DNA of 63,836 nucleotides, the filler included, from Intoshia linei (Eukaryota; Animalia; Orthonectida): the NCBI GenBank assembly GCA_001642005.1. It is 8 parts of 8 records of this genome, joined end to end, with 100 filler letters (N's around TTAATTAATTAA, not from the genome) between each part and the next. Parts side by side here need not be neighbours in the genome. Positions count along the whole stretch, not along the records: positions 1 to 21,230 come from LWCA01000683.1; 7 more parts are not named here. One strand, given 5' to 3'. The position numbers and the translations under genes were made by a program. A model generated the notes under the pieces. It did no database searches, was not told the DNA's origin, and saw only the letters and a list, made by a program, of their open reading frames with translations. Every line of letters starts with the position of its first letter. Position 1 is the stretch's first letter. Below, one piece after another: positions 1 to 14,104 of the stretch.

Positions 1-362
1 AAATATCAGTGACTGCCTTGATTTTATGTGCCATTCGCTAACATTTGAGAAACTAGGGCAAAGTCAAGAATGTAACTTTTTGATTAAAATAGACCTTGAA
101 TAAAATCTCATTTTAACTTTTCAATTTGAAGTAAAATCATGTAATGTAAAATAATCAGATGTATTGCCAACGGCCGCACATAAACGGTCTCACGGCCGCA
201 CGTTGTGCACCCCGATCTAGAGAAACCAGTTGATTTTTTAATATAATCCGAAATAAAATCATAACGCACTATACATGTATGCATGGTTTATTCGATTTAA
301 ATATAAAATATAATTCCCGATTTAATGCACATCTCTGGTAGATGAGCAAACGTGCATTTTTA

Positions 363-2153
363 TCATAAACCTAGTAGAAATTTTGCCACATTTGATTTAC
401 ACATTACCTAATTCACAAGTGGGTCCATTAAATCCACTTTTACAATAACATGCTATTTTATCGTTAATGATGATGCATTTTCCGTTAGAACTACAATTTC
501 TTTCATGGCAAACATGGGTTATTTCTTCTAAATGAAAAATAAAGAAACTAGTTTCTATTAGTGATACATATATAGTATATATACAATTATTACTAATAAC
601 ATATTAAAATTCGTAAAATGAAATTTTATAATAACAGATAAAAGTGATGATTTTAGTAAATAGTCTTAACTAAAATGGCCAGAAAAAATACGTACTATCA
701 ATTTTAGTTTATTTGGTGTTAAATGTAAATCCAAAACTACTTATCTATGATGACAATTGAAAATTTTCGGCTTAAAATTTGTACCAAATAAACTAAATGT
801 GATAGTACGTATTTTTTCAGGACATTTTAGTTAAGACTATTTACTAAAATCATTACTTGAATTTCACGAAAAACTATCAAAGAAGAAAAGACAAAGACAA
901 ATTTTTGAATATTATAGTTCTCTATAAAAAATAATAAATTTTTGTTTATATTTGTTATTTTAACATCGTTTAGTAATTGATGATTAATTATATGATATGA
1001 AATGATTACATAAATGACAAGTTAAAGAAATGATATCTTAATTGAATGAAAATAAAAAAAATCCGTTAACGAGGAATTAGCCTGTATTATTTATTCGTGA
1101 AAATAACAATGATTTTGCCGTTGCGTATTAACCTATCGGGAGAATAGTCTGTCATAGTTTCATTTACTAGAATTTTGGGATTGTTAGCTGTAGTTAATTC
1201 AGACGTACTGATTTTATATGTTACAATTAAAGATATAATTTACCTTCACATAGTTTACTACTAAATCCATTCAGACAAAGACATTTGTAATTTAAATCCT
1301 CATTGAAACAAATGGAATCATATTTACACGGATCAGATAAGCAAAAATCCACAACTATAAAATGTTAATAGAACATGTTTGATCAACACTTAAATCAGAT
1401 ACCGTCAGAACAAAACTTTCCTTGATATCCATTACTGCATTTACACATGATTTGATTATTTTGAAAATCACATCGTCCATGCTCATTGCAATACAATTTA
1501 TTACAATAATCGACATTAACTAAAATTAACGATCAACTTATATATTAATATGAACAATGTTCATATTAATCAGCGGTTCTCAACATACTTCGCATTTGAT
1601 ACCCCTAAACTAAAAAAAATATAATTTGGTACCCTATAATAATTTCTATTTATTGTAACTATGATACCATGTAAATTAAAAAAATCAAATAAAATAAATA
1701 GTTAAACTCTACTTTATCAAAAATAGATACATAAATGTATTATAAAATTTTAAAAATATTTATAATTTATGAATCATAAAATGTGAGTCATAGGATGAGA
1801 CGAACTGGTATTTTAAAATAATGTATGGTACCCCTAGGGGTGCCAGTGCCCCATTTGAGAACTGCTGATATAAATGAATCAAATTTACTCATTTCACAAT
1901 TTAATCCACTATATAATTTAAGGCATTCACATTCATAGCTTTGTTTTGTTAATTTGCATATTCCTTCATTGAGACAGGGTTGTTCATCGCATGCATCATT
2001 AACTTAATTTAAAAATAATTTTATATATTATTTTCCTCAAACCTATTCTACAATTGTCGCCTTTGAATCCGGCTCGACATTCACATTCATAATAGGGAGG
2101 TGTATCAATTGGAATACATTTTGATTTATTGCACACATCTCCCAAACATCCGG
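363..2153 (-). CDS. EGF-like repeat protein (5 EGF modules, one per exon; 5' end unresolved)
   Basis: Spliced minus-strand exons (~2153-2043, 2002-1889, ~1519-1403, ~1352-1244, ~527-408), all phase 1, each encoding a 6-Cys EGF module, e.g. CLGDVCNKSKCIPIDTPPYYECECRAGFKGDNC and CDEQPCLNEGICKLTKQSYECECLKLYSGLNC. A 37-nt intron then gives GL* at ~363. No start exon found. Confidence 0.85.
642..858. mobile_element. foldback MITE with ~75-bp terminal inverted repeats
   Basis: 642-718 (aagtgatgattttagtaaatagtcttaactaaaatg...) is the near-perfect reverse complement of 782-858 (...cattttagttaagactatttactaaaatcattactt); lies in an EGF-gene intron. Confidence 0.7.
1571..1867. mobile_element. hAT (Charlie/Buster-type) MITE
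   Basis: TIRs CAGCGGTTCTCAA / TTGAGAACTGCTG; 8-bp flanks ATATTAAT / ATATAAAT (7/8 TSD). Confidence 0.8.
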
Positions 2154-3499
2154 CTATATTAACGATGTATTTACACATGAAATATTGTTCTTACTATCTA
2201 GAAAATTTTTTATCAGTATTAATTTAAATATTGCCGTATATATAAGTTATGTGTCCATATCTTGTCTCTAAAATTAAATAATTTAGAGTAAAATATATTT
2301 TATTTAATTACACGATTTAACATTATGAATTTATTATTAACTCAACGTTATCAAAAACATTTTATGATTTTTTTTTTTATAAAAAAATATAAGGTTCTCA
2401 ATAGTTTTTAATATTCTATTATATAATTAATTCTCTACAAATTTACCGGAAAACTGTCCATTAATCATTATAAATAAAATCACTCCGATTAGCATTGATA
2501 TCAATTCATATTATTTTAATTTTTAAACAAATATAGTCTACGAATAAAGTTTAAACGTAAATAAGAGTAAGGATTACTTCAATATTATGGTAGAAAAGTT
2601 GGTTAATTTTAACAAATTATAACCCTTAAATATAAGTAAAAATATTAATCAGATGGCAAAAAATCAGTAGAATGCACAAAACAACGAAGAATATACATGA
2701 ATAGAACATTATGTATTAATGTACTTTTGTAATGTATTAATAATCGCTAAAATAATTAATTGTTGTTAACTTTATGAATTTAAAAAAATTTGCAAGTGTT
2801 ACAGTTGTATCCTGTTAACATATTAAAATCGTGTATCCGAAAATTAAAAAAAAATATTATTCTTATAGAGCTTATTCCAGTTAATATAAATACAAAATTT
2901 CAACTTCAGAAATCTATGCATTCCCGATAAAAAATAATTTTTAATATATTATCAACCAATATTTTTCAAATATTTCGATTAAAATAAAAATTGATCCTAC
3001 AATTTCAAAAAAAAATGTGCATTGAACGTCTACACATTTCCAATAAAGAAATATGAGTGAAAATATATATAATTCATTCCTTCGGAATTTTTTTCATTGC
3101 TACGCAATTTTTAAATTTAAAATTCTCATTTTCAAAACATTTTGAATAAAATTTAAATAAAAACTACAACAAAGAAACTAAAATAATGCAATTTTACTTT
3201 TCTATTTCCGTTTCTGTCTATTCTACTAGTAGCAAGACACGTTTTTTCAATTTTAAATCGAATTTGAATTTTATTATAATTATAACTATGTTACTCAAAA
3301 TATTGAATATAGAACTGTAAATTTATTGATTATTTTGTATGTGGTTGCCATTGTGCTACATTTTTTTTGCTACAATATATAAATTACGTTGTTTCTTATT
3401 TTTGTTTCATTGTTGAATTGAATTCAATGTATCACATGTAAATTAAATTTTATTAAATTTTGTATAATTGGAAAATACTGATACATATTAACTTAAACA

Positions 3500-6400
3500 A
3501 TGAATTATTTGAAAAAATTTTGTATTCAAGTAATAATTGCATTACCATCATTCTTTTTACATTAAAATTTAAAATTATGTTCATTTTTAGTATTCTTCCA
3601 TTGATTCAACCATTAAAGAAATTGATCAAAAGGTTTTAATTAACTTTTATTGTGCTATGTTACTATCATTATTATTATTATATTATTATTTGTATTATTA
3701 ATTATTATTAGTATTATTTATAGTAATATTAAAAACATAAACATAAAAAATTTAAATTTACAATTCATCCACATATTGGCGTTAAATTAAATTTTATATT
3801 CCAGGTAATATAATGTGGCCAGATATTAGACAATATATGTATAAACATTGTTTATGCATAAAATATTACCTGTTATAATTATTTATATTGGCATAAAACA
3901 TGGTGCGTTTATATTGATTTCATTTACAATTGGTCATTTTTGTCATTTAGATTTTGTTAATATGCATAAATATCAATTAAAGAAATTTTACATTTGTATT
4001 TGTCATTAACTATGTTTATAAAAAATTTAGAAAATTTTGGATGAAATAAAAAAAAACGTAAATTGTCAAAATTCATTGGAAGATGAAAATTTGATTAATT
4101 TATTGAATTGTGCTAAAATATTATCTCGTAATGAACATCAAACTGAATTTTTGATGGATATAAAATTAATTGATAAATATTTTGATCAATTATTGTCATT
4201 CACTGATTCTCAAGGTATATTAATAACATGGTTCAATTTAGTAATATTTTTACTTTAATATTTAGTAAATTGCGAAATTTTAAAATTTGTATACAATATG
4301 GTTAAACAATCTAAAAATTTTCGTAAAATTTATGGGTAATGCTTACAATTTTAATATATAATATTTTAATATATTTAAAAAATAATCAAATAATTTTAGA
4401 TTAGAAATTTTGGAAAATTTTGTGTCATACTATTCAAATTTTAACTTTTCTAACATCAATGAAAATTCTGTATCAATTGAATTATTCAATTTTTAATTTT
4501 TTATAGTTGCTTCGAATGCACATTATTTTTTTTTTGACTTGTGATGTATCTTGTAGGTAATTTTTTTAAATTTATTTTAATAAAACATTTTTTTTGCTTT
4601 TATTTATTTTGTACATTTAGAAATTATTTCCAACATGATATTGAAAAATATTTGAGGTTGTGTAATTTATTCAATGATGCATTCGCAAGTTTAAATTACA
4701 ATCCAAGTTCTCATTCATCAAATGAATTTCCTATTTCATTTTTGAGTCGTATTAAACAGTTTTGTAAAATCATTACCACAATACTATACAACATTTTAAA
4801 TTTTTCAAAAAATGATAAAATGAATGTTGAAACTTGTCAAAAATTTTATAAACCTATTGGGAAAATGTTGACCATTGTTTTTAATAGTTATGTCATTTTC
4901 AATGAAATGGATGAATTGGAGTTGAAATTATTTTTAAATACTATTAATCTCATTTTATGCGTTCCAATTGAATTAGATTCGTTTGAAAAATATATTTTAC
5001 CTATTTTTTATCAAAATAGTGTTATTCACAATAGGATTAATCTGTTACTACAGTTTTTAAATGATAAAATTATTACTGTAAGTTTTTTTTTTTAAATTTT
5101 CATTTTGAATTTTAGAAAGAAATTTATATTAGTGATGATATTATTCCAAAAATTGTCATTTTAATTAAAATTTGTTCTAAACATAAGGAAATACGCAAAT
5201 ATTGTAGATTGAAAGTAATTTTTAATAAATTTGTTAAAAAATAATAAATAAATTAGATGTAACTCACCTTGTTTTAAATACTATATAACAGTGATGACAG
5301 TCAAATCAAATCTGGTGTGTTAATTTTGTCATATTTAAAAATTATTCTGATTTGTTTTCTAAAAAAATTTGTGTTTATGGAATGAAGAATGAATAATCTT
5401 ATGAACTGTGTTAAAAAAACGTCAAATATGCTACGCGATTTTGGTTTGTGTGTTCCACTTTATTTAAATAACTACCCGTCTTAGAATTTTATAAAGTCTA
5501 CATTTCAATTACAGTTTTTTCCGGGGATGTTCGCAAAATAAATTTCAACCTCCCAAACTCACATCTTACAGGTCAAAAACACCAATTATCCTTTTTTTGA
5601 AAATCAAACAAGTTTAAATTTAAAAAAATTATATCTTCAGGGACAAAACCCCAAATTACCCTTCTTTTTTAATGAAAACAGCCCTAGAATTTAAAAAAAT
5701 TTCAATCCGAATAAGTCACGACTTCACTGTCAAAAAAGCATTTTAGTGTTCATATATTTTTTGTCCGAAATATCTTATTAAAACAAAAAATGTGAAATAA
5801 TTAACTGTCCGAAAATTTAAAAAAAAAATTATTCTGATATAGCTTATTCCATTTGATATAAATACAAAAGTTCAACCCGAGAAATTTACGCATTCCCGAT
5901 GAAAAATAATTTTTAATATATTATCAACCAATACTTTTCAAATATTTCCATGAAAATAAAAATTGAAAATGTAAATATTGATCCTACAAATTCACAAAAA
6001 ATGTGTATTGAACGTCTACACATTTATAATAAATAAATATGGGTGAAAATCTATATAAGTCATTCTTTCGGAAATTATTTCATTCAATCTCAAATTCTCA
6101 TTTTTAAAACATTTTGTATAAAATTTAAATTAAAACTACAATAACGATTACTAAATGTAATACAACTTTATTATTATAATTTTTACATTTATTCCAATCC
6201 TTTGCAGTATTGGTAAAATTCGCCTGAAATATGTTTATAAAGTGAAGATGCCGTTAATTATTGATACATAATTGGTATTTTTAAGTATTTATTAAATTGG
6301 TACTAATATGACAAAATAGGTTTTTATAATTTTATTCTTTCTGGAATTTATGTTATTTATGATAATTTTCAGGATATGGCTGTTTTTTTATTTTTAATAT

Positions 6401-8842
6401 TATACACACATTCAGTTTAATACAGTTTTCTCCGCGAAGTGTTTATATCTATTTGTCAGTTTTTGAATTTGAGCCCTTCAGGGTCAAAACCCAATTTGCC
6501 CTTTTGTTTAATAATAAAATGAGCCTAAAAAAATTTTATAAAACATAAAATTTGTTATTATATATTTTTATTGTGTTTTAGATTTTTCCTTATCTTAATA
6601 AAGAAATTGATAATTTGCCAGAAATTGGAAATAGTATGAGGAATAAGTATATATTTTAAGACTATTTATTAAAAATTGAAAAATGCATTAAATCATATAA
6701 AATTTATGCAGTGGCCCAAACTTTAATACGAACGGATTTTTGAATTTCATTTATATCAGGGATTTTCACCTCTTATTAAACCATCGTTCCAGATTAAAAA
6801 AATTTAACTTTTTTAAGATTTTCTTTTTCTTTATTTTATTGGTGGTAATATTATTGTAAAAACATTGATTATTAATTGAAATTTAGCATAAAAATTTGTA
6901 ATCTAATTTTGGACAATTAATGATATAGTAAAGGTCCTATTTTTAGAGAATTTATTAAATTTTTTAATTGTTAAGGTTGAATTTTCTTTTTCTAATAATA
7001 ATGTTTTAATTTGATAATGCAGAAATAACTTTGCATCGAGTTATCTTCTAAAACAAAAAAATTTTTTTGTTTTCTTTTTTTCTTAAAATGTTAGAATTTG
7101 AGATATTTTAATCGCTTGGTTTTAATAATTTAATACACATTGTAGTTTTACTCTTGAATGTAATACGCGTGTAATGTATAAGGACATTATAATATCAATA
7201 AAAAATTATGTTTATTTTGACAATAAACCGCCCAATATTAAATAATCGGCAATATCGATTAGATTGAGAATCCCTGATTTAAAGTTTCAATTCATGACTC
7301 TATAAAAACTTTTGATATCCAACGACTTGTATCGTCTCACGACATCCACAGGATTGGTGATTCATTTTTTTTCTAATTTACTTTTACTAGAGCTGATTCT
7401 ATAATCAATTAAATTAAATATTTTTGTTTATATACATTAGCTTGATTTTCTACAAGTTACAGTCAAAATTTAGAATTTGTCAATTGCTAATAAAATCTGA
7501 TAGAGACGTTAAGAATGTTGTTGGAAATTTATTATTGGTTTTATTCAAAAATAGTGGTGATTATTTTTGGTTTTTTATTTTTTTTTCTTAATTTTTTTTT
7601 AATTGTATTTTTGTATGTTAGTTAAAAAGATAATAAAATATACCGGTTATGGAAATGCAGCCGGATTTTTAACAAATACCATGTTTATTGAAAAATCAAT
7701 GCAACAAAACAAGCAAATGTGTGATTATAGTAGTTCTTCAGATGATTCGGAAACTGATTATTATTCAAATAATAAAGACAGGTAATTTTTGTATAATATA
7801 ATAGTGATATTTGAGCTTTACATAACTTATTTGGTGTTTCTTGGTTAAATTTTTTTATCTTTTTCTCAAGAGTGGAAGCATTCTTTTGTATGATAATATC
7901 TTAATACGTCATCTTGCTACAATTTTTACTTTACCACCCTCGACAAATGTCGAAACCCTTGAGAAATAACGGCTACTCAAATTTTACTGTTTAAGTTATA
8001 TTTGTTTTATGAATCCGTCTTGTGATTTAAATTTTTTAGGTTCGTTAGTGTTAGCCAAAGTGGTTAAAGATATTATAAATTTTTTAATTTGTTATTGAAA
8101 TTGTAGGATCAATATTTACATTTTCAATTTATATTTTAATCGAAATATTTGAAAAATATTGGTTGATAATAATTAAAAATTATTTTTTATCGGGAATGCG
8201 TAGATTTCTCGAGTTGAACTTTTGTATTTATGTCAACCGTATTTAATACACCGTGAAGTCTTCACTGATTTGGATTGAAATTTTATGTGTGTGTTAACAG
8301 GATACAACTGTACCACCTTTAAACTTTTTGAAATTCTAGGGCTGTTTTCATTAAAAAAAGAAGGGTAATTTGGGGTTTGCACTCGTAAAATGTGAGTTTG
8401 GGAGGTTGAAATATATTTTGCGAATACGCCCGGAAAAAACTGTAATTGAAATGTGGACTTTATAAAATTCTAAGACGGGTAGTTATTTAAATAAAGTAGA
8501 ACACACACACAAACAAAAATCCCGTAGCATATTATCTAAGTAAGGATATAAAAATTGTAAATTACACTTTTACAGGTTTAACCCAATAACTGGTAGGATT
8601 GAAGATGCTAAAGAACCGCCTAAATTTGTTTCTGAAGAGCACAAAGCTTATGAAGCTAAAAAACTTTTGGATGCCATTGATAAAATGAACAGGTTTAAAT
8701 TTACTTTTACATCTTAGTTAAATTTTATAGAAATGGCATAATTCAAACTATCTCTTCTGAAGATGGAAAATTTGTTCCAAAGAATGTTGCAGAAATGCTA
8801 CATAATGTTGATCCACATGATATAGAATCTGAAAGTGATTAA
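3500..8842 (+). CDS. RIC8: Synembryn / RIC-8 G-alpha GEF and chaperone (multi-exon)
   Basis: Diagnostic motifs IIKYTGYGNAAGFL (~7630-7670), YSSSSDDSETDYY, and NPITGRIE...SEEHKAYEAKKLLDAIDKMNR (8577-8692); probable ATG 3500, stop TAA 8840-8842; ORFs 4037-4258 and 4541-5095 contain internal exons. Confidence 0.93.
5425..6160 (+). mobile_element. non-autonomous Helitron-like repeat, copy
   Basis: Reverse complement of the family copies ending at 8546, 16761 and 41250; further fragments at ~2770-3200, ~13380-13700, ~35640-36300 and 53567-53912. Confidence 0.65.
6757..7276. mobile_element. hAT-type MITE
   Basis: TIRs CAGGGATTTTCA / TGAGAATCCCTG; 8-bp flanks ATTTATAT / ATTTAAAG (6/8). Confidence 0.6.
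8075..8546 (-). mobile_element. non-autonomous Helitron-like repeat, copy with intact 5' TC end
   Basis: Minus strand begins A|TCCTTACTTAGATAATATGCTACG...TTTGTTTGTGTGTGT; same sharp terminus as the copies at 16761 and 41250. Confidence 0.65.
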
Positions 8843-9112
8843 ATGCACATTTAATGTAAATTTTTTTTAATATTTATAATTGTAAACATGTCATAATAAA
8901 AGAATGTATTTTCATGTTTTACATTTTACTTGTCAACTTATTGCCTTAACTTATTGGATGACTTAATAAAAATGTCTTTTAACAATACATTTTTTTCATT
9001 TTTTGATTATTTTGCCAGTGTATCTGCGGATCCAGCTTTACCCATCACTGATTTACATTTAAAATGGATTAATTTCTATGTACAAAAATTTATTTTATAA
9101 ATATCAATATTT

Positions 9113-9908
9113 CAGCTTTTATATAAATTGCTCATCTTGGCAGCACTTCTTATATTTCGTAATATGGAATTTGAAACTGGTCTGTTTATTTTGATTCTAA
9201 ATTAATTGTATACATTTTAGGTAAAGTAACGTTGCTTTCATTTTACAATATATGGGATTGCAATTATTTGATTTCAATCAATAATTTCCAATCCTTGTGT
9301 ATTATAAAAATACATATTTATATTTTAATATGTATACTTTTCATGAGATACTTTATTGATTTCTAATTTTTGAGCTTCATTTTTTATTTCACAAAATTTG
9401 CTGCAAATTTCCTTGTTTTTCTTTTTTTTTACTTTTCGCAATGCATGTGAAATATTTCCAACCAGAATTTCATTATTTAACACGTTATCTAAACATTTAA
9501 AATTTTCAATTTGTAAAAAGTTGCAAGTTATATAACAGTTATGGTAAAATATTGAAAATAATAACCTTTAGATTTTTCTTTTTTCTTTTGACTAATTTTC
9601 AATTTTTTTATAAAATTTCGATCAATTTGTAAATCATCACTATCTTCACTATTAGTTTGTTGATTATAATTGAATTTTTTTGATAAATTTTCAACCGAGT
9701 GTAAATTAAGGAAATCTACTAATGGTAATAGTGATTTAAGCGCTTTATAGTTTTCTTTATTTTTATTTACAACATTGTTTTTTGTTAGAGGATTATAATT
9801 TATATTGAGTTTTGTCAGATTTGTGCATATTAAAAGATATTCTAGTTCTTTTATATCAGTAATGTTGTTTCTAGTGAGTATATTATATATTGCTGATTTT
9901 TTATACAT
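9113..9908 (-). CDS. hypothetical Lys/Asn-rich protein (multi-exon; possibly the C-terminal part of LRRC56)
   Basis: 126-aa ORF 9528-9908 with donor at ~9565, followed by open exons ~9488-9338 (NVLNNEILVGNISHALRKVKKKKNKEICSKF...) and ~9197-9113; no family recognised. Confidence 0.4.
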
Positions 9909-10035
9909 TTATTTATTTTTAAATTAAAATTTCATTTATATATGTAAAGTATAATTTGTTGCCCACCATACTATTAAAATTATAAAATATACCCATTCGT
10001 CAAAAAATTCGAGGATCCCTGTTATAGAGTATGGC

Positions 10036-12781
10036 TCAACGTTTCATAAAAATTGAACCATTGAAATGAAAAATTTTGTGGTAACCTTTATAAAAACGAA
10101 TCCGATCAACTAGATATCTAATGCTACCCAAAGTGATTTTTTTGTAATTATGAATATTACTTTTCTAAATCCAGTATTTTCAATTTTTCCATCATGCATA
10201 GTGGATTCAGTTCTGAAATATCATTGTAAGATACGTATAGTTCTTCCAGATTGATGAGTAAATGAATACCATCAATATCTTTCAAATTACAATGCGATAT
10301 CCAAAGATAGCGTACGTTCTTTAAATAAGAACCTAAATCTCTAAAAAATTTAAATTATTTATTTTAGAGAATATTCTTAAATCCAACCATTTTTACAAAA
10401 AATCCACTTTTACATAATAAATCTGCCTAATAAAAATACAGTCTAACTCGTTAATAATGAATTTTGATGATAATGAACAAGTTTTGGTCAAAATTCATCC
10501 CTTCTATAGTAAATTTCTTATACATTCATTACTTATCGTGATTTTTTAATAATGAATCTGAAAAAAATAAAAATATTTATTTATTAACAGGGGTATGACC
10601 AAGGTATGTAAAAATTTATTGAGTAAATGGAATGTTAACAATTTTGAAATATGTCACGTAATTACTTTTTATTAGGTATGGATTTTCAGTCTTTTTGGTT
10701 TATAAAAAAGACTGACAAGCCGAAATAAAAAGTAAGTTGTATCTACAAAAATGTTAGTGAAAATGAAAATAATCATTGAAATTTCTTAGTATCAGTATTT
10801 GTCAGTCTAAAAACCGTAAATCTGGATAGACTAATTTAATTTGAACAGCAAAAGCACAAAATTTGAAATCATAGTTTTGCCGTTTAGAGTTAAAAATTTA
10901 CTCTAAATAAATTAATCGAATGAATTGTTAATAATAAATGGTTGTACGTATTTTATATACACTTAATTCAAGTGTTGAATCAATTTACATTTGAAATAAC
11001 CGCTAATCTAAATTTCGTTTATCGAGTTATCGTTCATTTATATTAATTGATTTAAATTATAATTAAAATAATTATTTGGTGGAAAATTGAAATAATGAAC
11101 ATTAAAAAATCAGTATTATAATGAATTCGCAATAATTTATTAAATTTTATAAAATATCTAATAATAGTGCGAAAGGAAGAGATTAACAGTTATGCAGAAA
11201 ATCAAAATTTTTGAATATCACAATTTAAATATAAATGTGTCTCACAAAAATTTCTCAAATATTTGAAGTTTCCGTTAGAGTTATAAATAATATCATAAAA
11301 TCTGGTGAACAATTGTATACACATCAACATGAAAAGAAGCAAATTAAAAATAATTACAAAACAGATATTTGACGCCGAATTATTTGAATGGTTTAATGTT
11401 AAAAGAAGTAAACATTTCACAGTTCATGATGAAAACCTTAAAAAAAGATCTTTGGAGATGGCAGAAAATTATAACATTAAAGATTTTGTTGCTTCAAATG
11501 GATGGGTCTTATATTTTAAAAGAAGGCATAACATTACATCCAAAATTATCTGTGGTGAATAATTGTTAGTTGGTGATGAATCCATATTAAGCTTTAGAGC
11601 ACAGTACAAATTGAAATTAAGTGAATATTAAAACGAAAATATATTTAATTGCGATGAAAGTGGGTTATTTTATAAATGTGCTCCTAAAAGAACTTTGTGC
11701 ATAAGAACTGATAAAAATATCAGTGGAAAATTTTCAAAAGAAAGAATAACGTTATTGTTTTGCGTGTCAATGACCGGTGAAAAATATGATATTCTTTTGA
11801 TTGGTAAAGCAAAAAACCTCGGAAAATTTAATNATTTATTAAATTTTAGAAAAAATCTAATAATAGTGCGAAAAGGATTAGATTATTACATTTAATTACT
11901 ACTGACGATTTAACATTTTATTACTGATATTTTAATATTTATACTGACAATTTTTGTTGAAAATACTGAAAATTTTTTATTAAAATACTGACAAATAAAA
12001 TCTTTCCCTAAAATTTTCATTTGATCATAATTCATAATTCATAATTGATTCAATAATCATAACATGGAGGGCTTAGTAAGGCGTTTTTTCGGTAAAATTA
12101 GCGTAAATATCAACCTCAGAAATTTATATCTTGATAGTCAAAACAAAAAATTAAAATTTTTTTAAAAAACGAATAAAGTCTGAGAAAATTTGTGAAAAAT
12201 AAATTGAGGGATATGACATTAATATTATAGACATTAGCATGAATCAAAAATTCAAAAACTAGTATTTTTAAGATCATATCAAACGCCTTAAAATTAAAAA
12301 GTTGGTTTCGGCAGAGCTAGCTGCATTTGACCAAGTACATAACAGTCAAGCTGATTGATATATAAATATATATGTATATTTAAATTTTATAATTAGTAAT
12401 TACCGAACACTTCTCAATTTTGATCCAGACAATTTGAGGCTTTCTAAATTGCTCAAATAATATCCCAAATTGCTTAGACTTGCCGAGGCAGAGTTTACTT
12501 TTATTGTAAAATTTTTAATTTTTGTTAAATCACTTTCTTTTGTCAATTCCATCTAACAAAATGAGTTGATATCAATAAATATTTTAGTATTAATATGTAC
12601 TAAATACGCTAAATAAATGTACTGCATTACTAACCAATTTTCTAGGAGTAAGTATACATGTGACAATATCATCTTTGTCTTGGTCTTTTTCCAAATATAT
12701 TTCTTCCTTTTTTAGATTCAACTCATTTGTAGGTAGTTCTTTTAAAGCTTTATAAGATTCATCTCTAGATATTTTTGACAT
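10036..12781 (-). CDS. LRRC56: leucine-rich repeat protein 56 (ODA8-like, motile cilia dynein assembly/transport)
   Basis: Spliced translation ILTPRKL|MELTKESDLTKIKNFTIKVNSASASLSNLGYYLSNLESLKLSGSKLRSVR|DLGSYLKNVRYLWISHCNLKDIDGIHLLINLEELYVSYNDISELNPLCMMEKLKILDLEN matches the LRRC56 core (SLGNFGVHLPNL..LKLNGS.L.SLRDLG..L..LWL..C.L.DLDGI). 3' end uncertain. Confidence 0.85.
10673..12009. mobile_element. degenerate TIR element with ACTGAC/GTCAGT subterminal repeats, hosting a Tigger remnant
   Basis: Ends TAGGTATGGATTTT / AAAATCTTTCCCTA; clustered ACTGAC motifs at 10690-10810 and 11900-11995; related motif cluster at 42370-42950. Confidence 0.4.
11305..11832 (+). pseudogene. pogo/Tigger (CENP-B/Jerky-like) DDE transposase remnant in LRRC56 intron
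   Basis: LFEWFNVKR...FVASNGWVLYFKRRHNI (HTH_Tnp_Tc5), IFNCDESGLFYK, KERITLLFCVSMTGEK (DDE_1); in-frame stops at ~11560 and ~11628. Confidence 0.9.
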
Positions 12782-14104
12782 TTGACATTTTTCTCTAATT
12801 TTGAATATTAAAATTAAAACGATTAAAATTAAAATTTCATCAATAAAATAATCAATTACAAATTTAGCATTTTATATATTTTTAGAAAATTTCATTGACG
12901 AAAATTATTGGAATATTGTTTTTTGTTGTGTGGGAACTAAAATGTAATTTAGTTTAGGTGTAAATATATAAAATGTAAATTATTCTTATGCTGTTATTAA
13001 AATATAATAACATTAATCGTTTATCATTATTTTTTCAATTTGTTAATTTAACCGTTTGATAATGATTATAATATTTAAATAATTAATATATGATACTGTG
13101 AGGATTATATATATAATTATTATTTACTGTTAGCTATTAATAGCTACCCTTTTGAGTCTTTATAGGTAAGTGCTGATTACCAACATTGGATAAATTTGAC
13201 GAGGGCATATGTTTGAATATGTGTAATTTTAATTATATATATCAAATTTTACTAGCCAGAAAATTTAACTAATTATCTAAAATTAAATTTTTAGTTATAG
13301 ATTTTTAAATGTGTATCATTTACTTATATCAAATTAAATGTCTGTTATCGTTTATTTACACAAACACTGTTAAAAAATCAATAATCCTAGAATTTATAAA
13401 AAACCAAATTTCTAATATAGTTTTTCGTGTTAATTTTTGTATTTATGATAAATTTTTCTAAATTGAATCTTTCCAGATAAAAAACCCAAATTACCTTTTT
13501 TTAAAAAAATGAAATTAGTAGTAGAATTAAAAAAAAATAAATTCTGGGATAGTTTTTAAAATCATAATCATTATCATAAATCACAACGTCACAAAAGTGT
13601 ATTTACAAGACCAAAACCTCGCATTACCCTTTTTTAGAAAATGAAAATAGTCGTAGAATTAAAAAAATATTACAGCTTATACATTTATCCAGTTAAGTTT
13701 TATACATGTTCTCCATTGTATAAAATGCTGCGTATAGTGCTAAGTAACTTTGTAACTGCTAAGAAGGATTTTCGAATCTACAATCATAAAATAATCAAAT
13801 AGAACACAAAAAAACTAAAAATTAAAATTGTTGAAAAATTAGTAAAACGACAAAAATCTAAAAGAAATAAATTTTTGTTTCTCATTGATGTGAATATCAA
13901 TACAAACAAAATTATTTAAATATTTACATATGGTTTGAAAAATTATCGATATAGAATCATTAAAAACTAATTCAACTACAAGATACGTTTAAGAAATCAA
14001 AACTACAAAGTTACAAAATTTAAAAAAGTAGTTGAAATAATCTAGATAAATTAATCTGTATTATATTTTGTATTAAATCTCCACTCTTTATATTGAATGG
14101 AAAA

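Noticed and set aside
9230-9300. Exon-like segment with stops in all frames, hinting at a variant genetic code
   Set aside because: All well-conserved genes here use TAA, TAG and TGA as ordinary stops with no in-frame readthrough.
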